Positions 1 through 23,170 of a DNA stretch of 64,000 nt are shown here, piece by piece (within the stretch, counting starts at the first letter, position 1; each line of letters begins with the position of its first letter). A program made the position numbers and the translations under genes. The notes beneath the pieces were generated by a model. It ran no database searches. It saw only the letters and a list, made by a program, of their open reading frames with translations, and was not told the origin of the DNA. This DNA comes from Gracilinanus agilis (taxonomy: Eukaryota), in the NCBI RefSeq assembly GCF_016433145.1, contig NC_058130.1, positions 132,853,214 through 132,917,213 of the forward strand, read 5' to 3'.

Positions 1-477
1 AAGATTTCAGAAATAGCTGGAAAGATAAACTGATGCAGAGCAAAATAAGCAGAACTGGAATAACAGTGCACCAAGTAACAGCAATATTGTACTATGACCA
101 ATTGTGAGGATTTGACTACTCTCAGAAATACAATGAATGATACAGGGCAATTCTGAAGGACTCATTACAAAGAATGTAAACCTCCAGAAAATAACTGTTG
201 GAGTCAGATGCAGATCAAAGCATACTATTTTTCACTTTAGTTTATATATGGTTTTATTTTGGAGTTCTGATTTTACATAAGTATTCTCATAAAAATGATC
301 AATATAGAAATATGTTTTACATAATAATGCATATATAAAACAGAATCAAATTGCTTCCCATCTCTGAGAAGGGAAGGGGAGAGGAAAACAATTTGGAGCT
401 TATAATTTCAGAAAACACATGTTGAAATTTGTTATTATATGTAACTGGGAAAATAAAATATCTTTTAATTAAAAAAT
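1..477 (+). mobile_element. L1 LINE 3' end fragment (ORF2 C-terminus/3'UTR)
   Basis: Marsupial L1-type 3' sequence (aaactgatgcagagcaaaataagcagaac...) ending in aataaaatatcttttaattaaaaaa; family assignment by recall. Confidence 0.75.
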
Positions 478-970
478 AGTTCCCTACTGACTGGAATCAA
501 CTTCAAACTTCTATTTGGCATTTAAAACCTTTCACAATGTGGCTCTAACCTATCTTTCTAAACTAGTTATATATAGCTGCTCCCTTTTACTCCCATGTTC
601 CAGCCAAATTTGTTTACTTGCTATACCGTTATGTGACATTGGCTACTATACCTATACATTTTTATAGGCCATTTCCTCTGGAAAACACTACCTTAGTCTA
701 CCTTAGACTCCTGTAATTTCTAGCTTCAATAAAAGCTGAGCTCAAATGCTCCCAGTGAGGCCTTTCCACATTTTCCCTAACTGTTAAGGTTCTCTTACTC
801 CTGAAATGATTTTTAAATAATCTGTGTATACATTGTTTTCTCCAGTAGAATATACATATATGCTGATTTTAGAAGGGGCTGTTTTTCTGTCTTTGTAATT
901 CAAGTGCCTAGGTAAGTGTCAGGCACACAACAGCTACTTAATAAATGCTTGTTTCAAGATTGGTTCCTTA

Positions 971-1168
971 GGGGGCTGCTGGGTGGCTCTGTGGATTGAG
1001 AGTCAGGAGGTACTAGATTCAAGTCTGGCCTCAGACACTTCCTAGCTGTGTGATCCTGGGCAAGTCACTTAACCCCCATTGCCTAGCCCTTAACCACTTT
1101 TCTGTCTTGGAACCAATACACAGTGTAGATTCTACGATGGAAGATAAGGGTTTTTTAAAAATAAAAAA
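971..1168 (+). mobile_element. SINE1_Mdo-like tRNA-derived SINE
   Basis: A/B-box-like head, cctcagacacttcctagctgtgtgatcctgggcaag core, A-rich tail; flanking ttggttcctta direct repeat. Confidence 0.85.
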
Positions 1169-1384
1169 GGTTGGTTCCTTATATCCTCAAAATTTTCCCA
1201 TCCCTCTGAGATCTTCTTGAATACACTTAATCACTAACACACCTTGAATTTACTAAAATAGAACTCTAATCCTCCCAATGCATAGTACTGATACTTAGCA
1301 TTTACATAACTCTAAAGTTTCATTAAACATTTTCCTCACAACCAACTGAAATGAGGTCCAAAAGTTTCAAATGAAAAAACCTAC

Positions 1385-1574
1385 TTTTTTTTTTTTTAAA
1401 CCTTACCTTCTGTCTTAGAACTGATACTGGGTATTGGTTCCAAGGCAGAAGAATGGTAAGGGCTAGGCAATGGAGGTTAAGTGACTTGCCCAAAGTCACA
1501 CAGCCAGAAAGTGTCTAAGGACAGTTTTGAACCCAAGGCCTGTCTCTCCCTGCACTGAGCCACCCAGCTGCCCC
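1385..1574 (-). mobile_element. SINE1_Mdo-like SINE
   Basis: Reverse-complement copy of the same family with a poly-T run at the left end. Confidence 0.8.
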
Positions 1575-2042
1575 ATGAAAAACACTTCTTATTCCATGAA
1601 TGAACACTGGGCTTGGGGATCAGAAGAACTGGGTCCCACATGACCACGAATGAGTAAATCTGGGTCCCAGTGTCTTCCTTTGCCAAAGGAGGAATTGGGA
1701 CTACAAACCCAGTTGGCCCACCCTGAGAATTTGATTCCACAAATCTTGATTCGTTCATTAACATAGCTTCTGGCCCACCAAAGGATAAACGGGTGTCAGG
1801 CAGAGCCTAGTCGGAGGCTAAGGCATTCTTCCCCCAGATCTGCTGCTCTTCCCAGAACAACCCCCACCCGGTTGCTCTTCCTTAGCTGAGAACAAGACAC
1901 AGAACATCCCCCACATCTCCAACCACTGCCGTCAGCTGCTCTCAAGGCATCCCTCCTCCTGGCCTGTAGCTCTTTCGTATCCCCCGACCCCCCGGCTGCT
2001 CTCCCCTGGGCTGGTTTCCCGGCCTCCCCGAGGCTCGCTCAC

Positions 2043-2143
2043 TGTTTGCCGTAGTTGCCCCCCACGGGCTTCGGTGCCAACTCCTCCCCGGACAGGGAGG
2101 ACTCGGACTCGCTGTCCGAGCCGGTGGTAAAAAATCGCGACAT
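2043..2143 (-). CDS. EIF3C: Eukaryotic translation initiation factor 3 subunit C, first coding exon (gene continues left of the window)
   Basis: gccgccATG at 2143 reads [33 protein letters not shown], then CA|GTGAGC donor. Exon 2 spans 2183-2043 (acceptor cttttctctcgtccccag); non-coding exon 1 ends at 2349 (G|GTAAGA). Matches the recalled human EIF3C N-terminus and the synteny with CLN3. Confidence 0.96.
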
Positions 2144-2348
2144 GGCGGCTGGCACTCAGTCCGGGCGGGCCGTAGTCGAGGGCCTGGGGACGAGAGAAAA
2201 GGGGTAGTGAGAACGGCCGCAGCTCGCCGCTCTCCAGGAGTTACAAGGGGTCTGTGTGGCTCTCGGGGGCTCCCGCGAGAACTTTTTCCACTCTGGCCGC
2301 TTCCTAGGGCCTGGATGCCGGGGCCACGAGGTATAAAGAAAATCTTAC

Positions 2349-2510
2349 CGAAACGGGAGCGGGAGGAAGATTGCGCAGATGATGAAACGCCAGGCAAAAG
2401 AGGTTCGTGTGGCGTCACTTCCCTTAGGCCTCAGACACTTCCGGCGGGAGGCTTCGATTCTATTGCAAGCGCCGAAGGCGGAGGGGAAGGGGAGGAGTGA
2501 GGGGGCGGAG
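2349..2510 (-). promoter_or_regulatory. EIF3C: EIF3C CpG-island promoter and exon 1 with TCT/5'TOP-like start, ETS and GC boxes
   Basis: Minus strand CCTCTTTT at 2403-2396; CCGGAAGTG at 2444-2436; GGGGCGG near 2501-2508; CpG-dense from about 1980 to 2520. Confidence 0.75.
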
Positions 2511-3329
2511 CGAAGCGAGCAGTATTCTATATATACAAAATGAGAGTAAAACGCAATCTCTAGCTATCCCTTCCTTTTGAGAGGGAATGAGAGCCAGTGT
2601 TCCCAGTGCTTTAAAGTTGGCAGAACGCTTTACAAGTATCTCATTTTATTCTTACCGCAACCCCCTGAGAAGTAGTACTGTTCGTCTCATTTTACACACT
2701 GTAGACGCTGGATAAATGTTTATTAATATGAGATAACTGAGGTAGATAAGAGGTCAAGCGACTAGTCCAGGGACACGCAAATATTTTGTGTAAAGTGTCG
2801 GAGGTTACGTTGGAACTCTGGTCCTCTGAGTCGATGATTTGTCTGTCCACTGCGCCATCTGGCTTCCTCTATATGAAACCTCAAGCTCAGAGCAATTAAT
2901 TAGATACGATTTGCAAGTGGCAGCTTAAGGACGAGAACATAGATGCTTAAGAGTCCACTACAACAAGCTGACTCATTAGGAAGACTGGTCTGGAAGGACA
3001 CGGGCTGGTACCAAGAATGAAAAAGTCTGGACTATCTTTTCTTTTTTCCTACTGTAATTTTTGAAAAGTAATATCTTTTCTGGAATGATAAAATTCAAAT
3101 TTAACGGAGATTTGAATGAAATTGTCCTCTATTTGTACTATTCTTCAGTCTCTTAGCTCCTTGTCCTATCTGCTGACACCTAGTCAGACTTAAACCCAGC
3201 ATTCCTTCCACCAGCACCAGCACCAGCACCAGCTCCTCCCAGCCCCATTCCAGTCCACTCCTACTCTCCCCTTACTAGAAGTTACTCAAACCACTTAAAT
3301 TTTTCTTTCTCTTATCTAACCTCAACTGG

Positions 3330-4530
3330 TCCCTAAGTGGATAGCAATTCTGACTCCCTAATTGGTTTTCCAATAGCAGCAGCTCCAAACTTTTCTCCCC
3401 ACTCCCTCTACTTCACTCAGCTCCTATGGATTTAATTACTATCTCTATGCTGATGATTTTCAAATAGCTATCCTGAACCAACTCTGTTAACTTCCAGTCT
3501 AGAATCTGCAACTGCTTTTCAGTCATCTTAAACTCAGTATATCCAAACAGAACTCTTTCCCCCTAAACTCTCCTATTCTTTCCTTTTACAGTAGAGGGCA
3601 ACATTATCTTCCAAGTCCCTCAGGCTCACAACCTAGAAGTCATCCTGGAATCCTCACTCCTGATCCAAGCTGTTGGCCAGGCCTGCCAATTTCACCTTTA
3701 GTACCTCACGCCTAGATTATGTCCTGCTGATGGGTTTTGCCTGCCTCAAGTTTCTCCTCACTGCAATCTATCCACCACTCGGCCACTAAAGTGGTTTTCC
3801 TAAATTACAAGTCCAGGCCACAGTCCTCACTCAATAAACTAGTGTTGATGAACCTACGACTAGTGCTGGAGAGGGCTGCTCCTCCCCTCCTCCACGGTAG
3901 CCTGAGGACATTCCTCACTTCCCCCACCCTCTGCCCTGAAGCCCAATGGGAGCACTTCCTCCCTCCCCGGTCTTTGGTAAGGCTGGGGAGGAGACTCACA
4001 TGGGGTATGAGAATTTGGCACTTAAGTTTGGGCACTTAGTTTCCAAAAGTTCACCATCACTTCTCTAGTGACTTTCTATTGCCTCCAGAATCAAATATAA
4101 AGTGCTCTGTTTGGCTTTCAGAGCTCTTCATTACCCACCCCCCCCCTCCTATCTTTCCAATCTTCTTTATACTTTACTCCCTAACAGTAACTCTTCAGTC
4201 CAGTGACCCTGGCCTCCTGGCTGTTCCATGAACAAGATACTCCATGTTTCAGCTCCTACCATTTTCTGTCTCCCATGTCTGAAATACCTTCCCTCTTCTG
4301 CTCTGCCTTCTGACCTTTTAAGTCCCAACTAAAATCCAACCTTCTACAAGAAACCTTCCCCAGCTTCTCTTATAGTGCCTCCCCTCTCTTATTTTCTATT
4401 ATCTTGTGTATAGTTTATGTATATATTTGCTTGCATTTATCTCTCCCATTCAACTGTAAGCTCTTTGAGGCTGGGGACTCTTGGTCCTTTTTTTTTTTTT
4501 TAATGTCCCCCAGTGCTTAGCACAGTAATA
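3330..4530 (+). mobile_element. L2 LINE fragment interrupted by a hAT MITE
   Basis: Degenerate RT motif (tatctctatgctgatgattttcaaata = YLYADDFQI) and a typical L2 3' end (cccagtgcttagcacagt); boundaries approximate. Confidence 0.7.
3840..4062. mobile_element. Non-autonomous hAT (Charlie-like) element, degraded
   Basis: Ends tagtgttgatgaacct and agttcaccatcact resemble a CAGTGATGGCGAACCT-type TIR; splits the L2; no clean TSD found. Confidence 0.55.
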
Positions 4531-4579
4531 GAGAAGCCCTCTCTACTCTTTCTTGATTATGTTCAGTCTAGTTCAATAC

Positions 4580-5201
4580 TGTCGACATGGAATCTAGAGA
4601 CCCCAAACTTGTAGCTTAGTGAGGTATGATGAACCCCAAGTTTGGAAATAGTTTGTAGGTTGGAGACCCCAAAAGCTTGTGCTGGTTCCCTGTTCCAGTG
4701 AGAATCCACCCTGAAGGGAATCTCAGGCTAGCAGTTGCAGACTGAATAATGGACCCCAGGGTAAATGCTAAATACCCTTTTGTCCTAGGTAGTCTTCCCC
4801 ATTGTATCTGAGACCCTTACCCAGGAAGACTACCTGGGCAGGGACCATTCCTTTAGTATCCTTTGTGTAAGCAGTCCCTTTCCCTTACACCCTAGCCTCT
4901 AGCTATGATCCCTTTCTCTAGCTGGATTGTGTCCTGTCTGTATAATGTCAATCATCTCTCCCGGCCCCTAGATCTTCCCAAAGGGTATATAAGTTCCCCA
5001 ATTTCCTTTGTCCCTAGGAGTGGTCATCTAGCGCGGTGGCACTCCCAGGGGGATCAGGGAGCAGAGCGAAGCAGTGTTCCTTTAGACTCTGCACAAGGCG
5101 CAGCTCTGCATAAGAGGCCAAGTAGCCCTCATCCCCCTTTCCCTTGATTAAAGAGTGGTTTTATGACTATTTAATAGTCCCGCGTTTTTTCTAAGTTAAC
5201 A
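4580..5201 (+). mobile_element. ERV solo LTR, copy A (about 620 bp)
   Basis: TG...CA ends, 4-bp TSD ATAC (4576-4579 and 5202-5205), TATATAAG at 4986, ATTAAA at 5147; near-identical to 9943-10566. Confidence 0.92.
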
Positions 5202-6831
5202 ATACATTGGGACCCCATTTGGGGTTTTCTTGGCAAAACCACAAGAGTAGTTTGAGATTTCCTTCTTGAGCTCGTTACAGATGAGAAAACTGAGGCAAAC
5301 AGGATTAAGTGACTTGCCCAAAATCATACAGTTATTGTCTGAGGCCAGATTTGAACTCAACAAGATAAGTCTTCCTATATGCAGGCTGTCATTCAATCCA
5401 CTGTGCCACCTAGCTGCCCTACTTTCTTTTAGTGTCTCCCAGACTGATCTATTCATCCTGAGTGTCCTAATCTACAATCCAAATTAACAACTTCCTATTG
5501 GATATTTTGACTGGATGTCCCATTAGCAACTCAAACTCAACATATCCAAAATAGAAATCACCTCTCTCAATCCTCACCTCATTCTAAACTCCCCTTTTTC
5601 TGTTGAGGAAACAGATACTTTTACCCCACACCAATAAGTCAGTCAATAAACATTAATGGGCTATGTGCTGGGTGCTGTGTGCCAAGCACTGGGAAACACA
5701 AAGAAAGGTAAAAATCACGGTCTCTACTCTCAAATTCATATTGCAACTTGTAGGAAATGACAACTTGTAAAAACAGTATATGATATACATCTATAAACAC
5801 ACATACATACTCACGCAATGTAGGTAGAAAGTATTTGATGGAAGGGACTAGCCCATGGGGAGGAGAGGGAGGAAAAGGGAGAAGGACAGGGAAGGACTTC
5901 TTCAGAAGGTGGGATTTAAGCTGAGTCTTGAAGAAAGCCAGAGAAGCTAGAAGGTAGAGTTGAAGAGATTCCAGGTATAGTAGACGAGCACTGCAAATCT
6001 GTGGAGGAGCTAGCATATTATGTGTGAAGAACAAATAAATAGGTCAGTGTAGCTAAACTGAAGAGTGTATGGAGATAAGTTAACATGTGTTTTGCAGGAT
6101 AAAAAGAAAATTTAAAAAGAAAAGGAAAAAAAGATCTGACTCCAAATATGACCTCAGATACTTAGCAGTGTGAGCCTGGGCAAATTATTTAACCTCAGTT
6201 TTATTAACTGAAAAATGGGCATAATTGAGAGCATCTATCTGGCAAGACTATATGAGATATTTATAAAGCGCACAGTAGGTGGGTGTTCCATAAATGCCTA
6301 TCCCTTTCCCCGCTTCTTGGCTCAGCTCAAAAGCTACCTGATAAATGAAACTTTTCTTGACTTACTTTTTTTAATCCACCACCATTTCCTTCAAAAAATT
6401 TAATTTTGTATTTATTTAATATTTATTTATGGGAGCATATAGAATGAGGTTAAAAGCTTGATTGAGGCTATTCAATCCCCTCATTTGACAGATGAAGAAA
6501 GCAATTTGACTAAAATCAGAGGGATATGAATTTAGGTCCTCACTTATTATACCACACTGCCTCTGATCATGTCATCTCCCCTGACAGAATGGAAGCTTTT
6601 TAAAGACAGGGACCACTTCATGTCTTGGATATCCAATGTCTAACATAGTATCTGGAACACTGTAGGGATTAGTCAATTCTTGTTATTAAAATTGTTACTA
6701 TACTGTAGGCATTTTAAAGTAAGAACATTATCATGATTTCTTTCAACAGATTTCATGAGATCTAGAGCTGGTCACATTAGAGAACATCTCATCCAAACCC
6801 TTCATTTTACAGATGAGCAAACAAACCTTGG

Positions 6832-7101
6832 NNNNNNNNNNNNNNNNNNNNNNNNNNNNNNNNNNNNNNNNNNNNNNNNNNNNNNNNNNNNNNNNNNNNN
6901 NNNNNNNNNNNNNNNNNNNNNNNNNNNNNNNNNNNNNNNNNNNNNNNNNNNNNNNNNNNNNNNNNNNNNNNNNNNNNNNNNNNNNNNNNNNNNNNNNNNN
7001 NNNNNNNNNNNNNNNNNNNNNNNNNNNNNNNNNNNNNNNNNNNNNNNNNNNNNNNNNNNNNNNNNNNNNNNNNNNNNNNNNNNNNNNNNNNNNNNNNNNN
7101 N
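6832..7101. other. Assembly gap (270 N) flanked by an exact 177-bp duplication
   Basis: 6655-6831 is repeated base for base at 7102-7278, typical of unmerged overlapping contig ends. Confidence 0.9.
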
Positions 7102-9031
7102 GAACACTGTAGGGATTAGTCAATTCTTGTTATTAAAATTGTTACTATACTGTAGGCATTTTAAAGTAAGAACATTATCATGATTTCTTTCAACAGATTT
7201 CATGAGATCTAGAGCTGGTCACATTAGAGAACATCTCATCCAAACCCTTCATTTTACAGATGAGCAAACAAACCTTGGGATTTTAAATGCTCTACCTCAG
7301 GTCACAGAGGAACATCTGGTATAAGTCTCCTGACACCAAGCCTAGTGTGGTCTTCCCACAAAAAGTCCATTGCCCTAAGCTCTATCCTCCTCTTTCAATT
7401 TATGTTAATTCACACTTTCTACTTAGATTAAGTATGAATAGAGAAACACTAAAAAGTGCTTTATAAAACCTCAAGTTTTGTGATGATTCCTTAAATCACA
7501 AAGTAGGTATGGGGAAAAGAATTCTGTAAAGCTTCAATTATTATAAACACATGAAAGATTGTTCTATCTGGTGAGCTTTTTATAGCTGGGACAAAGTCAT
7601 TGGAGGTATCATGGTAATGATTGAATATGAGGATTTTTATCAGTTTAAAAATTCCAATTCATATTAGAATATCAATTTCATTTATCAAAATAATTTCTTG
7701 ACTTAACATATCTATGATAATGTAAACATTGTAACATAAGACTTGAATGATAAAGATCAAGAACATGACCAATTTCCTTTGATCATATTGTATTGCAGAC
7801 CCTGTAAGGGAAATGGCATAGTATAAAAGAACCTAGAATTCAACTTAGGAGTTGGAAGACCTGAATTCTAGTCCTGGCTCTAAAACTTTACTAGCTAGGG
7901 TTTAGATCAAATCCCTAAACCTCTAAGGAACTTAAGTTTCTTTACCTATAAAAACTTGCTGGGCCTTCCAAGCTGAAAAGGGGTCAAGCATGAGTTGATC
8001 AAGAGAGTATCAACTGAGCTAAGGCTAAGCTCATTAACAGAAGGTTGGCCAATAGAAAGTGAAAATTTCTAACCACAGCAAAAGCTATCTAGTGAAGTAT
8101 AAAAACTCTTAAGAACTGTAAGTGAAATGAATCTTCATGTTTAACAAAAATCCTGGATCTTTCAAATGTAAATACTACATTAAAAGCAGTTATGGGATTT
8201 TTGTTTGGACATTTTCTCTGGGATAAAAAGATATAAGTAAAAAAAAATGTAGCTATTTTTATAAAAAATGATTGTTTTCTCCTAAAGGCAAAACAGTCCA
8301 AAGTAGCATCTTAGATCATTTTAATGGACACTTTAGTGCATCTTATTAGGGAGGTATGATAATCACTCCAATAGGACTAGTCCTGTAGTGTTAATTATAG
8401 AGAAAGAATAAGGAGAAAACTGGGAAAGGAACTTGGTAGTGGTGGTGGGGTTGTTTGAAAACCCATAGCCATGTGGCACCTAGGAACCATTGTATACCCT
8501 TATCCTAGATGAAACAAAAACAGGTTTATGCTATTCATTGGTAAGGAATGATTATTTTGAGTGCCGGTGGTGGAAGCTCCACCCCCAAAAGACTAGTTAG
8601 TATCATAAAAACCTACCACATCAGCATTTAGATGACAGCCTAACCCTCCTTGGTTCCCCTTAGCTGAGTACTCCTTTTGACTCCCAAATACATCTGCTGA
8701 CCCTCTTATGCTTCATGCATATCTACATTCCTTTTGTGGAAACAGGACAGGGAGGTATTGGATAAAATACTTTGTTAATGGAAGGGCATGAAGGTGCACT
8801 TGACTGAAAGTCTGATAGTGCAAGCTCGGTTTGGAGGCCGAAGATAAATTATGAATCTTCTTGGACATTCTTCCAGAATCTTCAACCATTCACTTGGCCC
8901 CACTGTAACAAGCACATTCATTAAGTCTCTTGAATCCAATTCCAGGGGAGGGTTCTGTAGAACAGTGGAGTATCTCCTCTAGCTGATTCTGTTTCCAGTC
9001 TACATGAAGGGCTCCAAAGATGAGGCAAGTG

Positions 9032-19343
<10,312 letters not shown>

Positions 19344-19619
19344 GGTGGCGTCTGGAGTCATACGGCGGATCAGCTGTCAAAGCCTGGAGGGACAGGAGAT
19401 CACGTTGGTCCCATCAGACTTGGGAGAGACACTGCACTTTGGAAGGACAAAGCACTGACCCAGGTCGGCTGGCCGACCCAGTCACTCTCCTCTCGGGAGC
19501 CCTTTCTCCTCCCCTGAGGCTGCAGAACGTGGTAACTGACGTCTATGAAAACCTACGTTGCCAGCGCCGAGGCAGACCACTCTGAAGGCACCAGCCGGCC
19601 TGTCTGCAGTCATCTGAGC

Positions 19620-20040
19620 GGAACACAAAACAATTAAAAACCGGTTTGAGCGTCATATGATCTTCGCGGGGCACGTCTGATCACGTGATACCTCACTTCC
19701 TGGTTCGTCCTGGCCATTCTCTGAGTCTATTCCGCAGCTTAGGCTTTAGGAAAAGTAGGGCAGAGGCGGAGCGTGAAATCACTGACCCCAAGACCAGGTC
19801 GGCCGGACAGGTATTCGGCGGCAAAGCCGAGCTCACCGACTGCCTTGCCAAGCAGTATCGGGCCTGACGTGAATCTTGGCCACCCTTGCAGTGGTTCCGG
19901 CACGTCCAGTGCTTGTAGGAGATGGGGCGGCTCCCAGCTACTGGCCAGGAACAGAACTTTCTGCACCCCCGTCGTGGTCTGGAGCGACCATTTACCTTTA
20001 AAACTATAAAACAGTGCTTGAAGTGAAGGCGATTCCTTCC
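19620..20040 (-). promoter_or_regulatory. CLN3: CLN3 CpG-rich promoter with CLEAR/E-box and ETS site
   Basis: Palindrome ATCACGTGAT at 19680-19689, cacttcctgg at 19694-19703, CpG enrichment about 19320-20000; start-codon exon acceptor at 19383. Confidence 0.75.
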
Positions 20041-21033
20041 TCTCCCAGTCTTTCCACAGCACTCTCAAGGACCTCTCTCAGTTCTCTCGCATTTGCAATT
20101 TAACACACTCTAGTTGTGATGAACCAAGTAGTGAACCTGGAGGCAGAGGACCCAAAGGTAATTCCCAAGACCTTAGTTAGCTATCTGACCTTGAGAAAAT
20201 GGCTTTATCTCTTCTGGAGCCAAGTTTCTTTACATGGCAAATGGGGATGATTATACCTGGACAGTTTTAATGGATTGCTGTGAAGAAAGTGATTTGTAAA
20301 TCTTAAAAGGAGAAATAAATGTTAACATTTCTTCAGACATCTAGGTGGCAAAAAGATAGCAGCACCCTGGAACTCTCAGGTCAGAAAGTCATGAGTTCAA
20401 TCAAATCCAGCTCTGAGAGAGTTACTAGCTGTTCAGTCTTTTACAGGACCTCAGTTTCCGCATCCATGAAATGGAGATAATGGCATCATCTCTCTTTCCC
20501 AGGGTTGCTGTGAAGATTAAAAATTAGATAATATTTGTAAAGTAGCATTAGTTAAATGCTATTACCTATATACATGTTTTATTTCCCAGTAAGCAGAGCT
20601 CTGAAAGCAGTACATTTATTCACAATGACCTGCGAATACTAGATGAATTATTCGGTAATATAAATGGAAAAATGAAAGCCAAAAACATCTGGGTACCCAC
20701 CTACCCCCAACCCCTTGTTTTTGTTTAGGTGCCACAAAAATGGAACTAGAAGGTGAAGTTAGGATTATTTTAGAAAGTCACTAATTATTTCATTGAGCAG
20801 GATATTTATAAACAAAAGACTGTTACATGTAATTGGGAAAATAAAATATCTTTGAATAAAAAACAATTGAACTGCTGTTGCACACCAGAACAGCCTGCTG
20901 AGGTACTAGCACATATTAAAATGCTAGGCAGAAGTACCAGAGAGTCAAGCCAAAGAAGATACATAGTAGTGAGCTGACTGCACAAAGATTTGAGATGATA
21001 TTCAGTCTTCTGGTAATTTAGGAGTAAAGGATA

Positions 21034-21236
21034 GGGGACAGGTAGGTGACTCAGTGGATTGAAAGGCAGGCTTAGAGAAGAGGTTCAAATTTGACCTCAC
21101 ACACTTCCCAGCTGGGTGACTCTGGACAATCAACTTAATCCCTATTGCCTAGTCCTCACTACTCTTCTGCTATGGAACCAATATATAGTATTGATTCTAA
21201 AACAGAAGGTAAGGGTTTAAAAAAAAAAAAAAAAAA
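21034..21236 (+). mobile_element. SINE1_Mdo-like SINE
   Basis: Full head to A-tail with TSD gtaaaggata. Confidence 0.85.
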
Positions 21237-22971
21237 GTAAAGGATAGCCACCCTCAGTCTTGGGTATCCAGAGGTTAAAGACCCTGCTACCAAAGTACTA
21301 AGAGACTTCAATCAGCAAGACCTGATGGAGAGACTACATGACAGAAAGCTAAGTAGAGATCCCTTGGAGAGAGAGGGCCAGCCAGCAAGTAGCTATCCTT
21401 CAAGAAAACTGAGACAATTTCTAACCTTGAATTCTCTTGTGAACTGCTTTCTCATCCTCCAAGGAGTAGATTGGAGCCTGGTAGTACAATTTCTCTTCTG
21501 TCTCCTATTGATTTTGAATGTGTCAAATGGGGGTATGTTTCCCTAAATATTATCACTAAAAAGTATTTTGGGAATATCCAGCTATTGCCTGCATATGAGC
21601 AAAGTGGAGATTTTCTGTTCTTAACCAGAGAAAAATAGCCAGATATTTAATTCTATATTTTTATTTAAATTTCATACAATAAATATAAATGATAATACCA
21701 GTGTGTTTTTCTTTGGGATCACAAATGTGGAAGATTAAAGATTTATTAGAGAACAAAGGCAGGAGACAATTCTAAATTTATGAAATTTTGTATGATGATG
21801 TTTTTCCATTGTAAAGCCTAGACTTAACAGGTCCTAGAAGGAGGTAAGAGTGTTTTCTTGTGCAAAGCCAGAGATCAGAGCCAGAAGACAGAACATGTGA
21901 GAAAGAGAGAAGAGTTCAGGGTGGCTAAACCCAAAGTTCCCTCCTGCTATCTGATGGCTTTTACTGAAGTTGCACTCTGAGTAGCTTTTAAAGACCATTT
22001 TCCCTATTCATCAGGGTTAGCTATTTCAGTGCTCTTTCAAGGGACAGAAGAGTTAGTTTTAAAATAAAAACTACCATAGCATCATACTTACCTTTACATT
22101 CATTAAACTGAATTAGAATTGGAACAGAACTTGGATCTTACTGCAATAGTGCTTGAATTGCAGTTCACTGCTAGGGGCTGCATTAAATAAAGGGAAGCAG
22201 ATATATTACCTGACTGCTTAAGGGGCACCACTACTGCCCCCCAATAAAAAACAAAAACGAACAACCTGTTTTGTTGGTGTCCTTAGAGTCTAGAGCTGGA
22301 TCCAATGATCATAGATCTGGAGCTAGAAAGAACCTCAGAAGTTATGTAAGTCCTGTAGCATAGAGATGTGGTAAGTAGCAGCACCAAGATTCAAATCTAG
22401 GTCTTCTCACTTCAAATTTAGTGCATTTTTAAAGTATTTTTAATTAATGAAAACATTTTCTTTCTACATTCCCCTTTGGGGGCGGGGGAACCCTTGTAGC
22501 AAATATAAATTCATGTAAAAAAACAAATTCCTGCATTCAATTCACTTTTCACCATATTATGATGCTTTTCATTAAGGTTCTAAATCTCCCAAGGCCCCAG
22601 CCCTTCCTGTTGAATCTGACTTAAAAAATTCTATTTACTAACAGGACTCCACTTTCCAGAGTATAGGCATAGGATCCTAACATCTACCAGTGCACTGAAA
22701 TACAGTCAAGAGCCCCTCACTCTGCCCCAGGAAGTGTTCTAATCACCCCTCATAAAAGCTCAGTGCTCCAAATTCCCTAAGCTTGCCCCCTATCACTTTG
22801 TAAGCCAGAACTTTCCCAAGGAAGCAACTCTGAGCTAAAGGCACATTTTGGCTCAGCATCTATACAAAATCATAAACTCTTATGCACTGATGTTCTTTCT
22901 TACTAGGCAAATTAGAAGACACATTAGTTCAAAAGAAAAGATAACTAAATAACATAGCAAAATGAATGCCT

Positions 22972-23170
22972 GGGGGCAGCTGAGTAGCTCAGTGGATTGA
23001 GAGCCAGGCCTAGAGACAGGAGGTCCTAGGTTCAAATCCGGCCTCAGACACTTCCCAGCTGTGTGACCCTGGACAAGTCACTTGATCTCCATTGCCTACC
23101 CTTATCACTCTTCTGCCTTGGAGCCAATACACAGTATTGACTCCAAGACGAAGGTAAGGGTTAAAAAAAA
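22972..23170 (+). mobile_element. Young SINE1_Mdo-like SINE
   Basis: ggggcagctgagtagctcagtgg head, intact B box, gaaggtaagggtt plus A tail. Confidence 0.88.

Noticed and set aside
1942-2500. 158-aa and 97-aa ORFs in the EIF3C CpG island
   Set aside because: GC-rich chance ORFs; the real coding frame is the MSRFFTTG exon.
4905-5147. Similar 80-aa ORFs here and at 10267-10512
   Set aside because: They lie inside the paired LTRs, so the similarity reflects the repeat and not a protein family.
6655-7278. Exact 177-bp tandem duplication
   Set aside because: The copies are identical and abut an N gap on both sides; most likely an unmerged contig overlap.
8320-8325. CLN3 polyA signal (minus-strand ATTAAA)
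   Set aside because: Plausible but only a variant hexamer with no independent support; no canonical AATAAA found nearby.
7400-8330. AT-rich non-repeat-looking block beyond the CLN3 3' end with open frames of 45-70 codons
   Set aside because: No recognisable homology or consistent splice partners.
21240-21830. 73-80 codon open frames between the CLN3 and APOBR promoters
   Set aside because: No recognisable product, start context or splice chain.
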